A stretch of 64,000 nucleotides of DNA from Chloroflexota bacterium (GCA_963663275.1 OY760183.1:3328001-3392000), one strand, 5' to 3'. Positions 28,301 to 37,756 are shown, counted from the stretch's first letter. Made by a program: numbers and translations. The notes: generated by a model from the letters alone, not told the origin.

Positions 28301-29138
28301 GGTCCAGCGCCAACTCCACGTTGCACGCATCCGCGATCTTCATGGTGTTCTCAAGGGCCTCGGGCAGGTCGGCGAACCGCCCCCACATCTCGTCGGCGCT
28401 GCGCAGGAAGAACTCCTCGGTCTCCATGCGCATGCGGTTCTCGTCTTCCACCTTGCTGTTGGTCTGGATGCACATCAGCACGTCGTGGGCCTCGGCGTCC
28501 TCCCGGCGGGTGTAGTGCCCGTCGTTGGTGGCGACCAAGGGCAGGTCGAGTTCCCGCGCCAGCGCGACGAGTTTTCTGGCGACCTCCTGCTCCCACTCCA
28601 TGCCGTGGTCTTGGATTTCGATGTAGAAGTTCTCCGCGCCGAACAGTTCCTTGTAGAATTGCGCCGTTTCCCGCGCCTTCTCCTCGTTGCCGTCTTGCAG
28701 CGCGCGCGGGATTTCGCCCGAGGGACAGCCGGAGAGGCAGATGAGGCCCTCGTGGTACTGCTCCAGCAGTTCCCGGTCCACCCGCGGCTTGTAGTAGAAG
28801 CCCTCCAACTGCGCCTGCGTGGCCAGCTTGACCAGGTTGCTATAGCCCCGGTTGTCCTTGGCCAGGAGCGTCAGGTGGTACTGCCGGTCGTCCAGCTTCG
28901 GCTCCTTGTCGAAGCGCGTGCGGGTCGCCACGTACACCTCGCAGCCCAGAATCGGCTTGATGCCCCGGCTGCGGGCTTCTTCATAGAATTCGATCGCGCC
29001 GTAGAGCACGCCGTGGTCGGTGAGGCCGATCGCCTCGAAACCGAGTTCTTGGGCACGCTCCATCAGTTCCGGCATACGGCTCATGCCGTCCAGCAGGCTG
29101 TAGTGCGAGTGCAGATGCAGGTGGGTAAATTGCTTCAT
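25335..29138 (-). CDS. dnaE: DNA polymerase III alpha subunit
   Basis: FTHLHLHSHYSLLDG PHP domain, RGSAAGS, MPDIDVD, KMDFLGL, OB fold. Confidence 0.97.
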   Translation of the reverse strand: MKQFTHLHLHSHYSLLDGMSRMPELMERAQELGFEAIGLTDHGVLYGAIEFYEEARSRGIKPILGCEVYVATRTRFDKEPKLDDRQYHLTLLAKDNRGYSNLVKLATQAQLEGFYYKPRVDRELLEQYHEGLICLSGCPSGEIPRALQDGNEEKARETAQFYKELFGAENFYIEIQDHGMEWEQEVARKLVALARELDLPLVATNDGHYTRREDAEAHDVLMCIQTNSKVEDENRMRMETEEFFLRSADEMWGRFADLPEALENTMKIADACNVELALDQRILPHFEVPAGHTESTYLHELCTAGLETLYAEPDAAARERLEYELGVIGEMGFSSYLLIAADFVNWAKEQGIPTTVRGSAAGSLVCYTAGITDIDPLHYGLIFERFLNPSRYTMPDIDVDLMDVRRDEVIEYVTEKYGADHVAQIITFGTMKARAAVRDVGRALGMTYGEVDRVAKLIPLMSSVKDALEAAPDLKNLMEDDPQVKRLLGLAEGLEGVARHASTHAAGVVISREPLTEYVPLQRNVGDDGVMTQFEMNAIEKIGLLKMDFLGLRNLTVLDRAVRFIAATRGETIDLKTIPVDDGKTFALLSSGETTGVFQLESDGMRRYVKELQPDRIEDVMALVALYRPGPMAYIPQYVARRHGREEAAARHPLMTAVLERTYGIMVYQEDVMAVAQAVAGYTLAEADKLCYAVRKKIAHELQEHRERFVQGAVEKGVKKNLAEAIFDDFEPFARYGFNQAHATCYGTIAYQTAYLKANYPTEYMTAVLSTELGNAEKIIEAVRECGRLEVRVAPPNVNESESNFAIKEGTVYFGLAAVKNVGAAAAEAIAAQRADGPYQDFYDFCLRIDQRVVNRRALESLIKVGALDSMGERAALLASLDDVLAATQRAQSAKNQGPTLFETFLGEEQAAELTSFTLPDTAPATPEEKGLWEKELLGDYLSESPFKAHSAQLRAAANTTTAEVSREKEGRRVTVAGRIESVRKIFTRKQEYMAVLALEDEHGQIGVTVFPKQYAEYAALLTGGTFIVVRGRVETDSRDDAVRVLAENVRPLDDAAAAAPVKEETGAAPPAWDNAEPTSASAAGTPPAREDGLPDWVLDGNDASTEAPAAAGESVEDGDRVKDADSVKVAGSANDAGLAEGAEPETAGAAPAPAETAAPRAQAPSGASERAGEREDRPAAEAAEPAGPAVELVLQRTEDDARDLRRLQQLAAVMSRNPGEMRVALRIVLNGTQVRIDTHDRIALTPEVEDEIEGLLGTAPMRKPGT

Positions 29139-29336
29139 TGAAAGACGGCACTCCTAGAGAATTGCGCAGCGCAATGCGGGGGACTTAACACGATTAAGGA
29201 TACCTGGAACACGGCGAGAATGAAAGCGAAAACATGCCTTGAAGGGTGACTCATTTGAGACCCTCAGACCGCTGATTCCGCTTGCCGTCACGGTCTCACA
29301 CGGGTTGAGAAAAAACCAAGAATCAGGGCGCGGCGT

Positions 29337-29502
29337 TCCCTCTCCATCGAGGGAGAGGGCTAGGGTGAGGGTGATCCATTCCCTCTCCATTGAGGGAGAG
29401 GGCTAGGGTGAGGGTGATCCGTCCCCTCTCCATCGAGGGAGAGGGTTAGGGTGAGGGTGATCCATCCCCTCTCCATCGAGGGAGAGGGTTAGGGTGAGGG
29501 TG
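29337..29502. repeat. Four tandem ~40-bp family E repeats
   Basis: CCCTCTCCATCGAGGGAGAGGG(C/T)TAGGGTGAGGGTGA x4, no unique spacers. Confidence 0.9.
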
Positions 29503-29650
29503 AAAACGCAGCGTTCGGTCATTGCCATGACGCCAGCCGGCCCAGGCCGCCCCACTCCGGTAGCGCAGGTTTGCAACCTGCGCCCGCCGCCCGTCATTAA
29601 TGCACCGGCGGGAATCCATCATCGCTCCCACCCGGCGCACTCACCAAACC

Positions 29651-29681
29651 AAAAAGCCCCGCTCCACCAGGAGCGGGACTT
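29651..29681 (-). terminator. Rho-independent terminator of iscA/erpA
   Basis: CCCGCTCC-acca-GGAGCGGG with T-run on the minus strand. Confidence 0.7.
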
Positions 29682-29708
29682 CCCATTCCAATCCAATTCA
29701 AGATCACG

Positions 29709-30068
29709 TCACGTGCTGCACGGCCGCGCCTCGCCGGCGCTCTCCGCCGTATCGAACGACTGGCCGCAGGAGCACGACTCCGCCGCGTTGGGATTGAGGA
29801 TCGTAAACCCGCCGCCAATCAAGGCGTCGCTGAAGTCGATCTCCGAGCCGCTGAGGTACATCAGGCTGAACGGGTCCACGAACACCCGCACTCCCTCCTC
29901 CTCGATCACCTCGTCGCCGTCGTCCGCCCGCTCCTCCATCGACATCCCGTACTGAAACCCCGAACACCCCCCAGGCGACACAAACACCCGCAACCCCGCC
30001 TCAGGATTCCCCTGCTGCGTCAGCAAGTCCTTCAACTGCTCCACCGCCGTCGGCGTCACCGATAACAT
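29709..30068 (-). CDS. iscA: A-type Fe-S cluster carrier (IscA/ErpA/HesB)
   Basis: GGCSGFQYGM, NPNAAESCSCGQSF. Confidence 0.93.
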   Translation of the reverse strand: MLSVTPTAVEQLKDLLTQQGNPEAGLRVFVSPGGCSGFQYGMSMEERADDGDEVIEEEGVRVFVDPFSLMYLSGSEIDFSDALIGGGFTILNPNAAESCSCGQSFDTAESAGEARPCST

Positions 30069-30318
30069 AAATGAAAGTCCTACTAACTCAACACTACGGC
30101 CACCGCTCGCGCGTGCCACTACAGTAATCGTACTAGCTCGAAGCCCAATAGTCAAGCGGAGCAATGCTGTGAGTTCTACGTCATCAGACACTACACTTGT
30201 ATCGCCTCATCTCATACTAATCTCGGGCCCATTTAATGGGATTTGGACTGATATACTGAATCCTGGTGCATAAACAGCAAAGCAGTTGGCGGAGAGATAC
30301 CTGTAAAGGAGCACGGTC

Positions 30319-31779
30319 ATCGAAGAGACTAAGGCACTGCCTAATCCGAGAGAAGAATTACCTCTGAAGCTGCCTGAATCAGGCGTTTCGCCGACAGACC
30401 CTTGGAATGACGATGTGCTTGGGCGGCGGGATCTTGCGACAAGGCTGACAAAGCTGATCCAAAGTCAGACGGCTCCCTTTGTCATCAGCATTGATGGAAA
30501 CTGGGGCACAGGCAAGACCTTTCTCTTGCAGCGCTGGCAGTCAGAGTTGGAGAAAGAGGGCTTCAAGGCCATTTACTTTAACGCCTGGGAAGACGACTTT
30601 TGCGACGACCCCCTTCTCGCCATTCTTGGCCAACTGTCTGAATACTTCGAGGAAGGCGAACTCAAGAGGTTTGCCGGTCAAGTCGCTAATGTCGCAGGCC
30701 CTTTACTCAAACAGAATCTCCTGAGCGTCTTGCACAAGCACACTGGATTAGTGCTAGAAATCGAGAGCAAAGAGCAGCCTCAGAGAAATCTGCTACAAGA
30801 GTATCTTGACCAGAGAGCGACGAAGGACGAACTAAAGAATCACTTGCAGAAGCTGTCTAACGCAGTGGTGAATGAGACAGGCCACCCTCTGGTTTTCATC
30901 ATCGACGAACTCGATAGATGCCGTCCCACATTCGCCATCGAGCTTCTGGAAAGAGTAAAGCACATCTTTGATGTTCCCAATTTGGTGTTCGTATTTGGGG
31001 TCAACCGTGATGAGCTTTGTTCGGCACTACAGTCGATTTACGGTGACATTGACGCGGAAGTATATCTCCGAAGGTTTTTCGATTTGGAGTTCATGCTCCC
31101 GGAGACAAATCCGGCGGACTTCTGCAGAAATCTGCTCGATCGCTTTCAATTTGCTGAGTTCTTCTCTGAGTTAGGCAAGAATGCCGGTACCAATCTGCAC
31201 GACAACGAATTCAGAAACCTTTCTGAATGGATTCCGATCTTTTGGAGCGGATTCGGCATGTCTCTGCGCGACATGGACTATTGCGTGCGGACAATCGCTT
31301 TGGTTTGCCGGAGCCTCGAGCCAAGGCATTACATGTATTCTTACCTGCTAAGCGTCCTTATTCCTCTAAGGCTCACAAACCAGAGTCTGTATCGGCAATT
31401 CATCCAAGGCGATTGCCACGCCAGCGCAGTGATGGATTATTTGGACCGTACTGTCCAAATCACGAACTCTTCTGTTGGCTACGCTATGGACGTGGAACTC
31501 ATCATGGAAATCATAGAGGTTGAGTTGTATCGCGCTGAAAGCCAAAGAGACGAAGATCCCCAACACCGGGATGCCTTATTACAAATCAGGTTACTGTCTA
31601 GAGGCGAGGACATGACTCAGCCTAGTCTCGTTTCTGAAAAGACCCGAAGATCAGACAAGAATCGGATTGACAGTCTCCTTAGGCTGTATAGTCCTCAAGG
31701 AATGCAAGGCTATAGTGGGGACGCGGTTGACCACGTTGCAAGGATGATTGACCTCCATCAAACCGTGCTAAGAAAGTAG
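30319..31779 (+). CDS. KAP-family P-loop NTPase
   Basis: GNWGTGKT Walker A, FNAWEDD, IIDELDRCRP, YLRRFFD; low GC; start at ATC 30319 or GTG 30415. Confidence 0.9.
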   Translation: MEETKALPNPREELPLKLPESGVSPTDPWNDDVLGRRDLATRLTKLIQSQTAPFVISIDGNWGTGKTFLLQRWQSELEKEGFKAIYFNAWEDDFCDDPLLAILGQLSEYFEEGELKRFAGQVANVAGPLLKQNLLSVLHKHTGLVLEIESKEQPQRNLLQEYLDQRATKDELKNHLQKLSNAVVNETGHPLVFIIDELDRCRPTFAIELLERVKHIFDVPNLVFVFGVNRDELCSALQSIYGDIDAEVYLRRFFDLEFMLPETNPADFCRNLLDRFQFAEFFSELGKNAGTNLHDNEFRNLSEWIPIFWSGFGMSLRDMDYCVRTIALVCRSLEPRHYMYSYLLSVLIPLRLTNQSLYRQFIQGDCHASAVMDYLDRTVQITNSSVGYAMDVELIMEIIEVELYRAESQRDEDPQHRDALLQIRLLSRGEDMTQPSLVSEKTRRSDKNRIDSLLRLYSPQGMQGYSGDAVDHVARMIDLHQTVLRK

Positions 31780-31873
31780 GCAGTTGAACCGAAGCGCTGA
31801 TTCGCTCTTGATCACCTACGCATAGGGCAAGACTCCTTGACGTTTGGACGCTGCATTGCGTAGCATTAACCCT

Positions 31874-32146
31874 GAGGCCGTGCTAGATGGGGAGTTAGCG
31901 GTGCCCTGTACCCGCAATCCGCTATAGCGGGGTTGACAGCTTTCCGTGAGGTTCGGGTTCTTTGGAGGCTGCCGCGTGGTTGCGGCGTTGATGGCTGGGT
32001 CTTGCGCGGCGAGAGGCCGTGAACCCCGTCAGGTCCGGAAGGAAGCAGCGGTAAGCGGTAACTTTCGGGTGCCGCAAGGAAGCTTGGCCGGAGCTAGCGC
32101 CGCGTGGGCGCTCCAGGGAACGCAATCGATGGGAAGGCGCGGCCTC
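31874..32146 (+). ncRNA. ffs: Large (Alu-containing) bacterial SRP RNA
   Basis: CGTCAGGTCCGGAAGGAAGCAGCG helix 8; 5' Alu-like GCCGTGCTAGATGGGGAGTTAGCGGTGCCCTGTACCCGCAATCCGCT; terminal pairing; upstream of dnaX. Confidence 0.93.
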
Positions 32147-32419
32147 TTTGCGCTTTCTTGACGACGGTGTGACAGACTGGCGACGCGACGCGCGTTGCCA
32201 GCGCGCCGGGACGCGGTGTCTTTGCCCTCGAACGCGATGCCGTAGACCTGCGTTTGCGGCTCGGGCGCGGGATGCCGGCGCGGCGACGGGTGATTTGCCG
32301 GGCGAACCAAGCTTTCCGGTGTGCGCGGGTCTCTGCTGTTTTTCCTCTTTCTTTGTCCCTTTGTTCCTGCCTATACTGTCTGTGCGCGCCGCATTTGGGA
32401 TGACGGGCTTCGCGTCCGA

Positions 32420-32615
32420 CGGTGATCGCTTTTCGCGCTTCACGTTCCGGCGGGGGACAAGCCCCAATGTTGTCGCATTAAACGCAATGAGAGTGAAAGC
32501 GGCGCTCGTTTCTCCGGTAGCGCAGGTTTGTAGCCTGCGTCTTCCGTAGGCTCAATCGATTCCGTTCTCATTTTTCCTGTAAAGGCGGGGGACAAGCCCC
32601 CGCGCTACGTTAACG
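32420..32615 (+). mobile_element. Truncated nested IS4-like MITE
   Basis: Same GGGACAAGCCC|CAATG junction (32465) as at 23914; right TIR lost. Confidence 0.75.
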
Positions 32616-32737
32616 AGCCAATATTTCCCCCTCACCCTAGCCCTCTCCCAGTGGGAGAGGGGACAAGAGCGGTGCTTGGCTTTTCACCGGCAACTGGTTG
32701 ACGGATAACTGTGTCCTAGCGAGGAGATGCTGCACCC

Positions 32738-34435
32738 ATGTCGCGGGTGGTGTTGTACAACAAGTGGCGGCCGCAGACGTTTGGCGACGTGGTCGGCCAG
32801 GAGCCGACGGTGCGCACGCTGCAGAACTCGCTGGCGTCCGGGCAGGTGGCGCACGCCTACATCTTTGCCGGGCCGCGCGGCTCGGGCAAGACCTCGTTGG
32901 CGCGCATCCTGGCCAAGGCGCTCAACTGTCTGCAAGGCGTCCAGCCGGAGCCGTGCGGCAAGTGCAACGCCTGCGCGGACGTGGTGGAAGGCCGCTTTCT
33001 CGACCTGGTGGAACTCGACGCCGCCTCCAATCGCGGCATCGAGGACATTCGCGACCTGCGCGAGCGCGTGAATTTTGCCCCGGTTAACGGCCGCTACAAA
33101 TTCTACCTGATAGACGAGGTGCACCAACTCACGCCGGAGGCGTCGAACGCGCTCCTGAAGACCCTGGAAGAGCCGCCGGAACACGCCGTGTTCGTGCTGG
33201 CCACCACCGAAATCCACCGGGTGCTGCCCACCATCCTCTCGCGCTGCCAGCGGTTCGATTTCCGCCGCATTCCGGTGCGGGACCTGGTGGCGCGCTTGCA
33301 GGAAATCGCCGGCGCCGAGAGGGTGAGCGCCGAAACGGAGGCGCTCAATATCCTGGCGCGCATGGCCGGCGGCAGCGCCCGCGACGCGGTGAGCCTCTTC
33401 GACCAGGCCATCATCTTCGCCGACGCCAACGTGACCGCCGCCCAGGTGCGCGAGATGCTGGGACTGGCCCACACGGCGGTGGTGGCCGAGTTCGTCGATA
33501 CGCTCGCCCGCCGCGACACCGGCGAGGGCCTGCGCGTCCTCGGCCAGGCCGCCGACCAGGGGCTGGACATGCGCCAGTTCGCCCGCGAGACCATCCGCTA
33601 CCTGCGCGGCACGCTGCTCCACAAGAGCGGCATGGAGGCGGCCGAACTCCTGGAGATGAGCGAGGAAGAAGCCGCGCTCATGGACGGCCTGGCCGGACGC
33701 ATCACGCTGGGCGAGATCGTGAAGGCGATCAGGCTCTTTTCGGAAGCCGAACAGGCGCTGCGCCTGGGGGTCTTCCCGCAACTGCCGGTGGAACTGGCGC
33801 TGGTGGAGTTCTGCGCCGCTGATGAAGCCGCAAGCGCTTCCCCGCCAACGGCGTCAACCGCAAGCGCCCCGCACGCAACGACCAGTGCGCCCACGCCCGC
33901 GCCCGGCCCGGCGGCTTCACCCGGCGCGCCGCCCGCGGACGCGGCGCCGGCAGCCGCTCCCGGCACCGCGCCACCGCCGGACACCGCCGCCGACGCCCCG
34001 GCCGCCGAGACTCAGGCTCAACCCGCGAAACCGCCCCCGGACGCGCCTCCGGCGGACACACCCCTGGCGGAAATCCAGCAGCGCTGGGACGCGGTGGTAA
34101 ACTCCTTCCGCCGGCCGAACGTCCATCTGCGCGGCGTGCTGCGCGACTGCACGCCGATCTCCGTGCGCGACCGCGCGCTCACGCTGGAGTTCGCCCACGC
34201 CTGGCACCGCGACAAGGTGCGCCAACCGGACAATCTCATCCTGGTGGAAAAAGCCGTGGCGCAGACCCTGGGCCGCCACTATTCCATCGAGTGCACGTTG
34301 GCGCAGAAGCCATCGTCCACGAAGCTCAACGCCAAAGATCCCGCCCAGGACCCGGTGGTGCGCGAGGCGCAGCGGCTCTTCCACGGCGCCATCACTTTCG
34401 AGGACTCCGCCGAGCACCCGCCTCCCGCCGAGTAA
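32738..34435 (+). CDS. dnaX: DNA polymerase III gamma/tau
   Basis: KWRPQTFGDVVGQ, GPRGSGKT, DAASNRG, IDEVH, LLKTLEEPP, SRCQ. Confidence 0.97.
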   Translation: MSRVVLYNKWRPQTFGDVVGQEPTVRTLQNSLASGQVAHAYIFAGPRGSGKTSLARILAKALNCLQGVQPEPCGKCNACADVVEGRFLDLVELDAASNRGIEDIRDLRERVNFAPVNGRYKFYLIDEVHQLTPEASNALLKTLEEPPEHAVFVLATTEIHRVLPTILSRCQRFDFRRIPVRDLVARLQEIAGAERVSAETEALNILARMAGGSARDAVSLFDQAIIFADANVTAAQVREMLGLAHTAVVAEFVDTLARRDTGEGLRVLGQAADQGLDMRQFARETIRYLRGTLLHKSGMEAAELLEMSEEEAALMDGLAGRITLGEIVKAIRLFSEAEQALRLGVFPQLPVELALVEFCAADEAASASPPTASTASAPHATTSAPTPAPGPAASPGAPPADAAPAAAPGTAPPPDTAADAPAAETQAQPAKPPPDAPPADTPLAEIQQRWDAVVNSFRRPNVHLRGVLRDCTPISVRDRALTLEFAHAWHRDKVRQPDNLILVEKAVAQTLGRHYSIECTLAQKPSSTKLNAKDPAQDPVVREAQRLFHGAITFEDSAEHPPPAE

Positions 34436-34662
34436 CCGCCGCCGCGGCGCGCGCCGCTCATAGATCTAGCAAAACGGCGGCAGAGCAACACCGCGCGCCG
34501 GCCACCGGCGGGCCTCGCGCCCCGGCGCGGCGCTCATTTGCAGACAACATCCGCCGGCAGTGGTACATTAACCAGAAGAAGCCGAGCCGGACACGAGCCA
34601 TGCGCGCCGGCGTTTGTCAAGATAGTCGCGCAGCGTCGCAACGCATAAGGAGATCTGCAACC

Positions 34663-35970
34663 ATGTCTCTGGAGATATTCGAGCGGGGCACGCTCCCGCG
34701 TTGGGTCAGAGTGCGGCAGGAGCTTTACACCGACACCATCGACGACGTAGCGGCCGCCGTCGCCCAGGAGTTCGCGCGCCCGGAGATCCGCGAGACCATC
34801 CAACCGGGCCAGCGCGTGGCGCTCACCGGCGGCAGCCGGGGCATCGACCGCATCGCTCAGGTGCTCAAGGCGGCGGCGCGGGAGGTCAATCGCCTCGGCG
34901 CGGAGCCGTTCATCGTGCCCGCCATGGGCAGCCACGGCGGCGCGACCGCCCAGGGACAAGTCGAGGTGCTCGCCCATTACGGCGTTACCGAAGAAGCCAT
35001 GGGCTGCCCCATCCGCTCCAGCATGGAGACCGTCCTGCTCGGCCACGTGGAAGACAACGTGCCGGTCTGGTTCGACAAGATCGCCTATACCGAGGCGGAC
35101 GTCACCATCCCCGTCAACCGCGTCAAGCCCCACACCGACTTTCACGGGCACATCGAGTCCGGCCTGATGAAGTTGCTGGCCATCGGCCTGGGCAAGCAGA
35201 AGGGCGCGGACACGTTCCACGGGCGCAGTTTTGCCGAGTTTCCCACGCTCATTCCCGCGGTGGGGCAATTCGCCCTGAGCAAAGCGCCGATACCCTTCGG
35301 CCTGGCGCTGGTGGAAGACGGCCACTCCCGCCTCTCGCTGGTTAAAGCCGTGCCGGCCGCCCGCATCCTGGAAGAAGAGCAGGAGTTGCTCAAAGTCGCC
35401 CGCGAGCGCATGGCGCGGCTGCCCGGCGAGGAGATCGACGTGTTGATCGTCGATCAGTTCGGCAAGGACATCAGCGGCATCGGCGCGGACACCAACGTGG
35501 TCAACCGCTACTGGAGCGGCCCGCTGCCGCACCCGCCGCGCATCCAGCGTTTGGTCATGCGCGACTTGACCGCAGACACGGAAGGCAACGCCTGCGGCAT
35601 CGGCCTGGGCGACGTGGTGCTGCAACAGGTAGTGGATAAGCTGGACCCGGTGCAGACCTACATGAACACCATCACCGCCAAGGGGCCGGAAGGCGCGCGC
35701 ATTCCGCTCACGGTGGCCAACGACCGGGAGGCGCTCTACGTGGCGCTGGCCTGCTGCTTGCAGACCGAGAACGAGTCCGCCCGCATCATGCGCATCCAGG
35801 ACACCAAGCGCCTGGAAGACCTCTGGGTCTCCGAGCCGCTGCTGCCGCAAATGGAAGCCACCGGCCGGGTGCGCCAGGTAAGCGAGCCGGAAGAGATCGC
35901 GTTCGACGCCCAGGGCATGTTCACGCAGTCCAGCTTCTCCCGGAATGGCGCGGCAGTCGCGGCTTCATAG
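34663..35970 (+). CDS. Lactate racemase (LarA/DUF2088)-domain protein
   Basis: GSRGI, PAMGSHGGAT, NRVKPHTDF, SGLMK; ATG after AAGGAG. Confidence 0.8.
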   Translation: MSLEIFERGTLPRWVRVRQELYTDTIDDVAAAVAQEFARPEIRETIQPGQRVALTGGSRGIDRIAQVLKAAAREVNRLGAEPFIVPAMGSHGGATAQGQVEVLAHYGVTEEAMGCPIRSSMETVLLGHVEDNVPVWFDKIAYTEADVTIPVNRVKPHTDFHGHIESGLMKLLAIGLGKQKGADTFHGRSFAEFPTLIPAVGQFALSKAPIPFGLALVEDGHSRLSLVKAVPAARILEEEQELLKVARERMARLPGEEIDVLIVDQFGKDISGIGADTNVVNRYWSGPLPHPPRIQRLVMRDLTADTEGNACGIGLGDVVLQQVVDKLDPVQTYMNTITAKGPEGARIPLTVANDREALYVALACCLQTENESARIMRIQDTKRLEDLWVSEPLLPQMEATGRVRQVSEPEEIAFDAQGMFTQSSFSRNGAAVAAS

Positions 35971-35983
35971 CAAAGGACTATTC

Positions 35984-36182
35984 ATGCTCGACGCATTCGA
36001 CCTCACCGGCAGCACGGTCATCGTCACCGGGCGCCAGCCGGGGCATTGGCCGCACCACGGCGGAAGTGCTCGCCGCTGCCGGCGCGCCAACGTGGTGGCC
36101 GTCGCCCGCACCGAGAGCGCGCTTGCCGCGCTGGCGCAGGACATCTCCGGCGCCGGCGGCACGGCGGTGGCCGTGCGCGCCG
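35984..36182 (+). pseudogene. Duplicated 5' fragment of the SDR gene
   Basis: Near-identical to the start of 36262-37017 with +1 and +2 insertions. Confidence 0.8.
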
Positions 36183-36261
36183 TTAATGGTTGCGTTCGTA
36201 ATGCCAGAAACGCCAGCGTAGATGAGCGCAGTCCAAGACATAGCAAGAGAGGTATCCTTAC

Positions 36262-37017
36262 ATGCTCGACGCATTCGACCTCACCGGCAGCACGGTCATC
36301 GTCACCGGGGCGAGCCGGGGCATTGGCCGCACCACGGCGGAAGTGCTCGCCGCGGCCGGGGCCAACGTGGTGGCGGTCGCCCGCACCGAGAGCGCGCTTG
36401 CCGCGCTGGCGCAGGACATCTCCGGCGCCGGCGGCACGGCGGTGGCCGTGCGCGCCGACGTGAACGTGCCGGAGGATACGGAGATGCTGGTGGAGCGGAC
36501 GCTGGCGGCGTTTGGCGCGGTGGACGCGCTGGTGAACAACGCCGGCGAGTCCGGCAGGAACGGCCCCATGGGCGAGACCTCCGCCGCCGATTGGGACGAC
36601 CTGCTGGGCAACAACCTGCGCAGCGCCTTCCTGTGCAGCAAGGCCGTCTTTCCCATTATGGAGCGGCAGCGGCGCGGCAGCATCGTCAACATGGCGAGCA
36701 TCAGCGGCCAGAACGGCGGCCAGAGCGCCCGCGTGCACTACGCCGCCTCGAAAGGCGGCATGATCGCCTTCACCAAGGCCCTCGCCCGCCAGATGGCGCC
36801 CTGGGGACGCGCCAACAACATCGCCCCCGGCCAGATCGACACCGGCTTTGCCCGCATTCCCGAAGAGCGTCTGCGCATCGTGCTCGACCGCACCCCGCTG
36901 GAACGCCTAGGCAAACCGGAGGAAATCGCCTACGGCGTGCTCTACCTCGCCAGCGACGCCTCGGCGTTCATCACCGGCCACACGCTGGCGATCAACGGCG
37001 GGATGATCATGGACTAG
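36262..37017 (+). CDS. SDR family oxidoreductase
   Basis: TGASRGIG, NNAG, YAASK, NNIAPG. Confidence 0.94.
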   Translation: MLDAFDLTGSTVIVTGASRGIGRTTAEVLAAAGANVVAVARTESALAALAQDISGAGGTAVAVRADVNVPEDTEMLVERTLAAFGAVDALVNNAGESGRNGPMGETSAADWDDLLGNNLRSAFLCSKAVFPIMERQRRGSIVNMASISGQNGGQSARVHYAASKGGMIAFTKALARQMAPWGRANNIAPGQIDTGFARIPEERLRIVLDRTPLERLGKPEEIAYGVLYLASDASAFITGHTLAINGGMIMD

Positions 37018-37105
37018 AGCGAGCGCGCGTGCAGGCGGATCGCGCGCAAGGCAGGGCAACCGCCCTGCGCGCGACGCACGCACTCATGCGCTTTACCGCA
37101 CCACC

Positions 37106-37756
37106 ATGGCAGCCCTCGAATCATTCGTTCTCGTCTTCGCCGCGTCGTTCTCCATCGGCCTCTCCGGCGCGATGTCGCCCGGCCCGTTGACGATCTTCGT
37201 CATGAGCCAGAGTACCCGCCACGGCGTGCTGGCCGGCCCGCTGGCGTCGCTGGGGCACGGGCTGCTGGAAGTCGCGCTGGTCGTGCTCCTGTGGCTGGGT
37301 CTTGCCCGCATCCTGCAATGGGGCCCGGTGCTGGCCGCCATTGGCGTGACCGGCGGCCTGGTGATGATTTGGATGGGCTGGAAGATTATCAGCGGTGTGC
37401 GGCGGGAAGGCGCGACGCTGCAAGAATCTATCTCCGGCCGGCACGCGGGCAACCCGCTGCTGGGCGGGGCCGTGCTCAGCCTGGCGAACCCCTACTGGTC
37501 CTTCTGGTGGGCCACGGTCGGCATCTCCACCATCACCACGCTGGCGCTGCCGCGCGGCGCAGTGGGCCTCACGGCATTCACCATCGGCCACGTCGCCAGC
37601 GACTTCGCCTGGCTGACCATCGTTGCCATCGTCTTCGCCACCGGCCGGCGCTTCATCACCGACCGGGTGTACCGCTGGACGCTCTACCTCTTTGGCGTCC
37701 TGCTGGCGCTCTTTGGGGTCTCCTTCATCTGGCACGGCGCATCCATGTTCCTCTGA
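37106..37756 (+). CDS. LysE family transporter
   Basis: GAMSPGPL, GHGLLE, ANPYWSFWW. Confidence 0.88.
   Translation: MAALESFVLVFAASFSIGLSGAMSPGPLTIFVMSQSTRHGVLAGPLASLGHGLLEVALVVLLWLGLARILQWGPVLAAIGVTGGLVMIWMGWKIISGVRREGATLQESISGRHAGNPLLGGAVLSLANPYWSFWWATVGISTITTLALPRGAVGLTAFTIGHVASDFAWLTIVAIVFATGRRFITDRVYRWTLYLFGVLLALFGVSFIWHGASMFL

Noticed and set aside
25335-29138. Intein or split in dnaE
   Set aside because: Continuous ORF without splice motifs; extra length is a low-complexity linker.
29337-29502. CRISPR-like tandem repeats
   Set aside because: Units abut with only 3-5 nt between them, there are no unique spacers or cas genes, and the unit is the dispersed family E repeat.
35984-36460. 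DGR template/variable repeat pair
   Set aside because: Differences are indels and non-adenine changes; no reverse transcriptase in the window.
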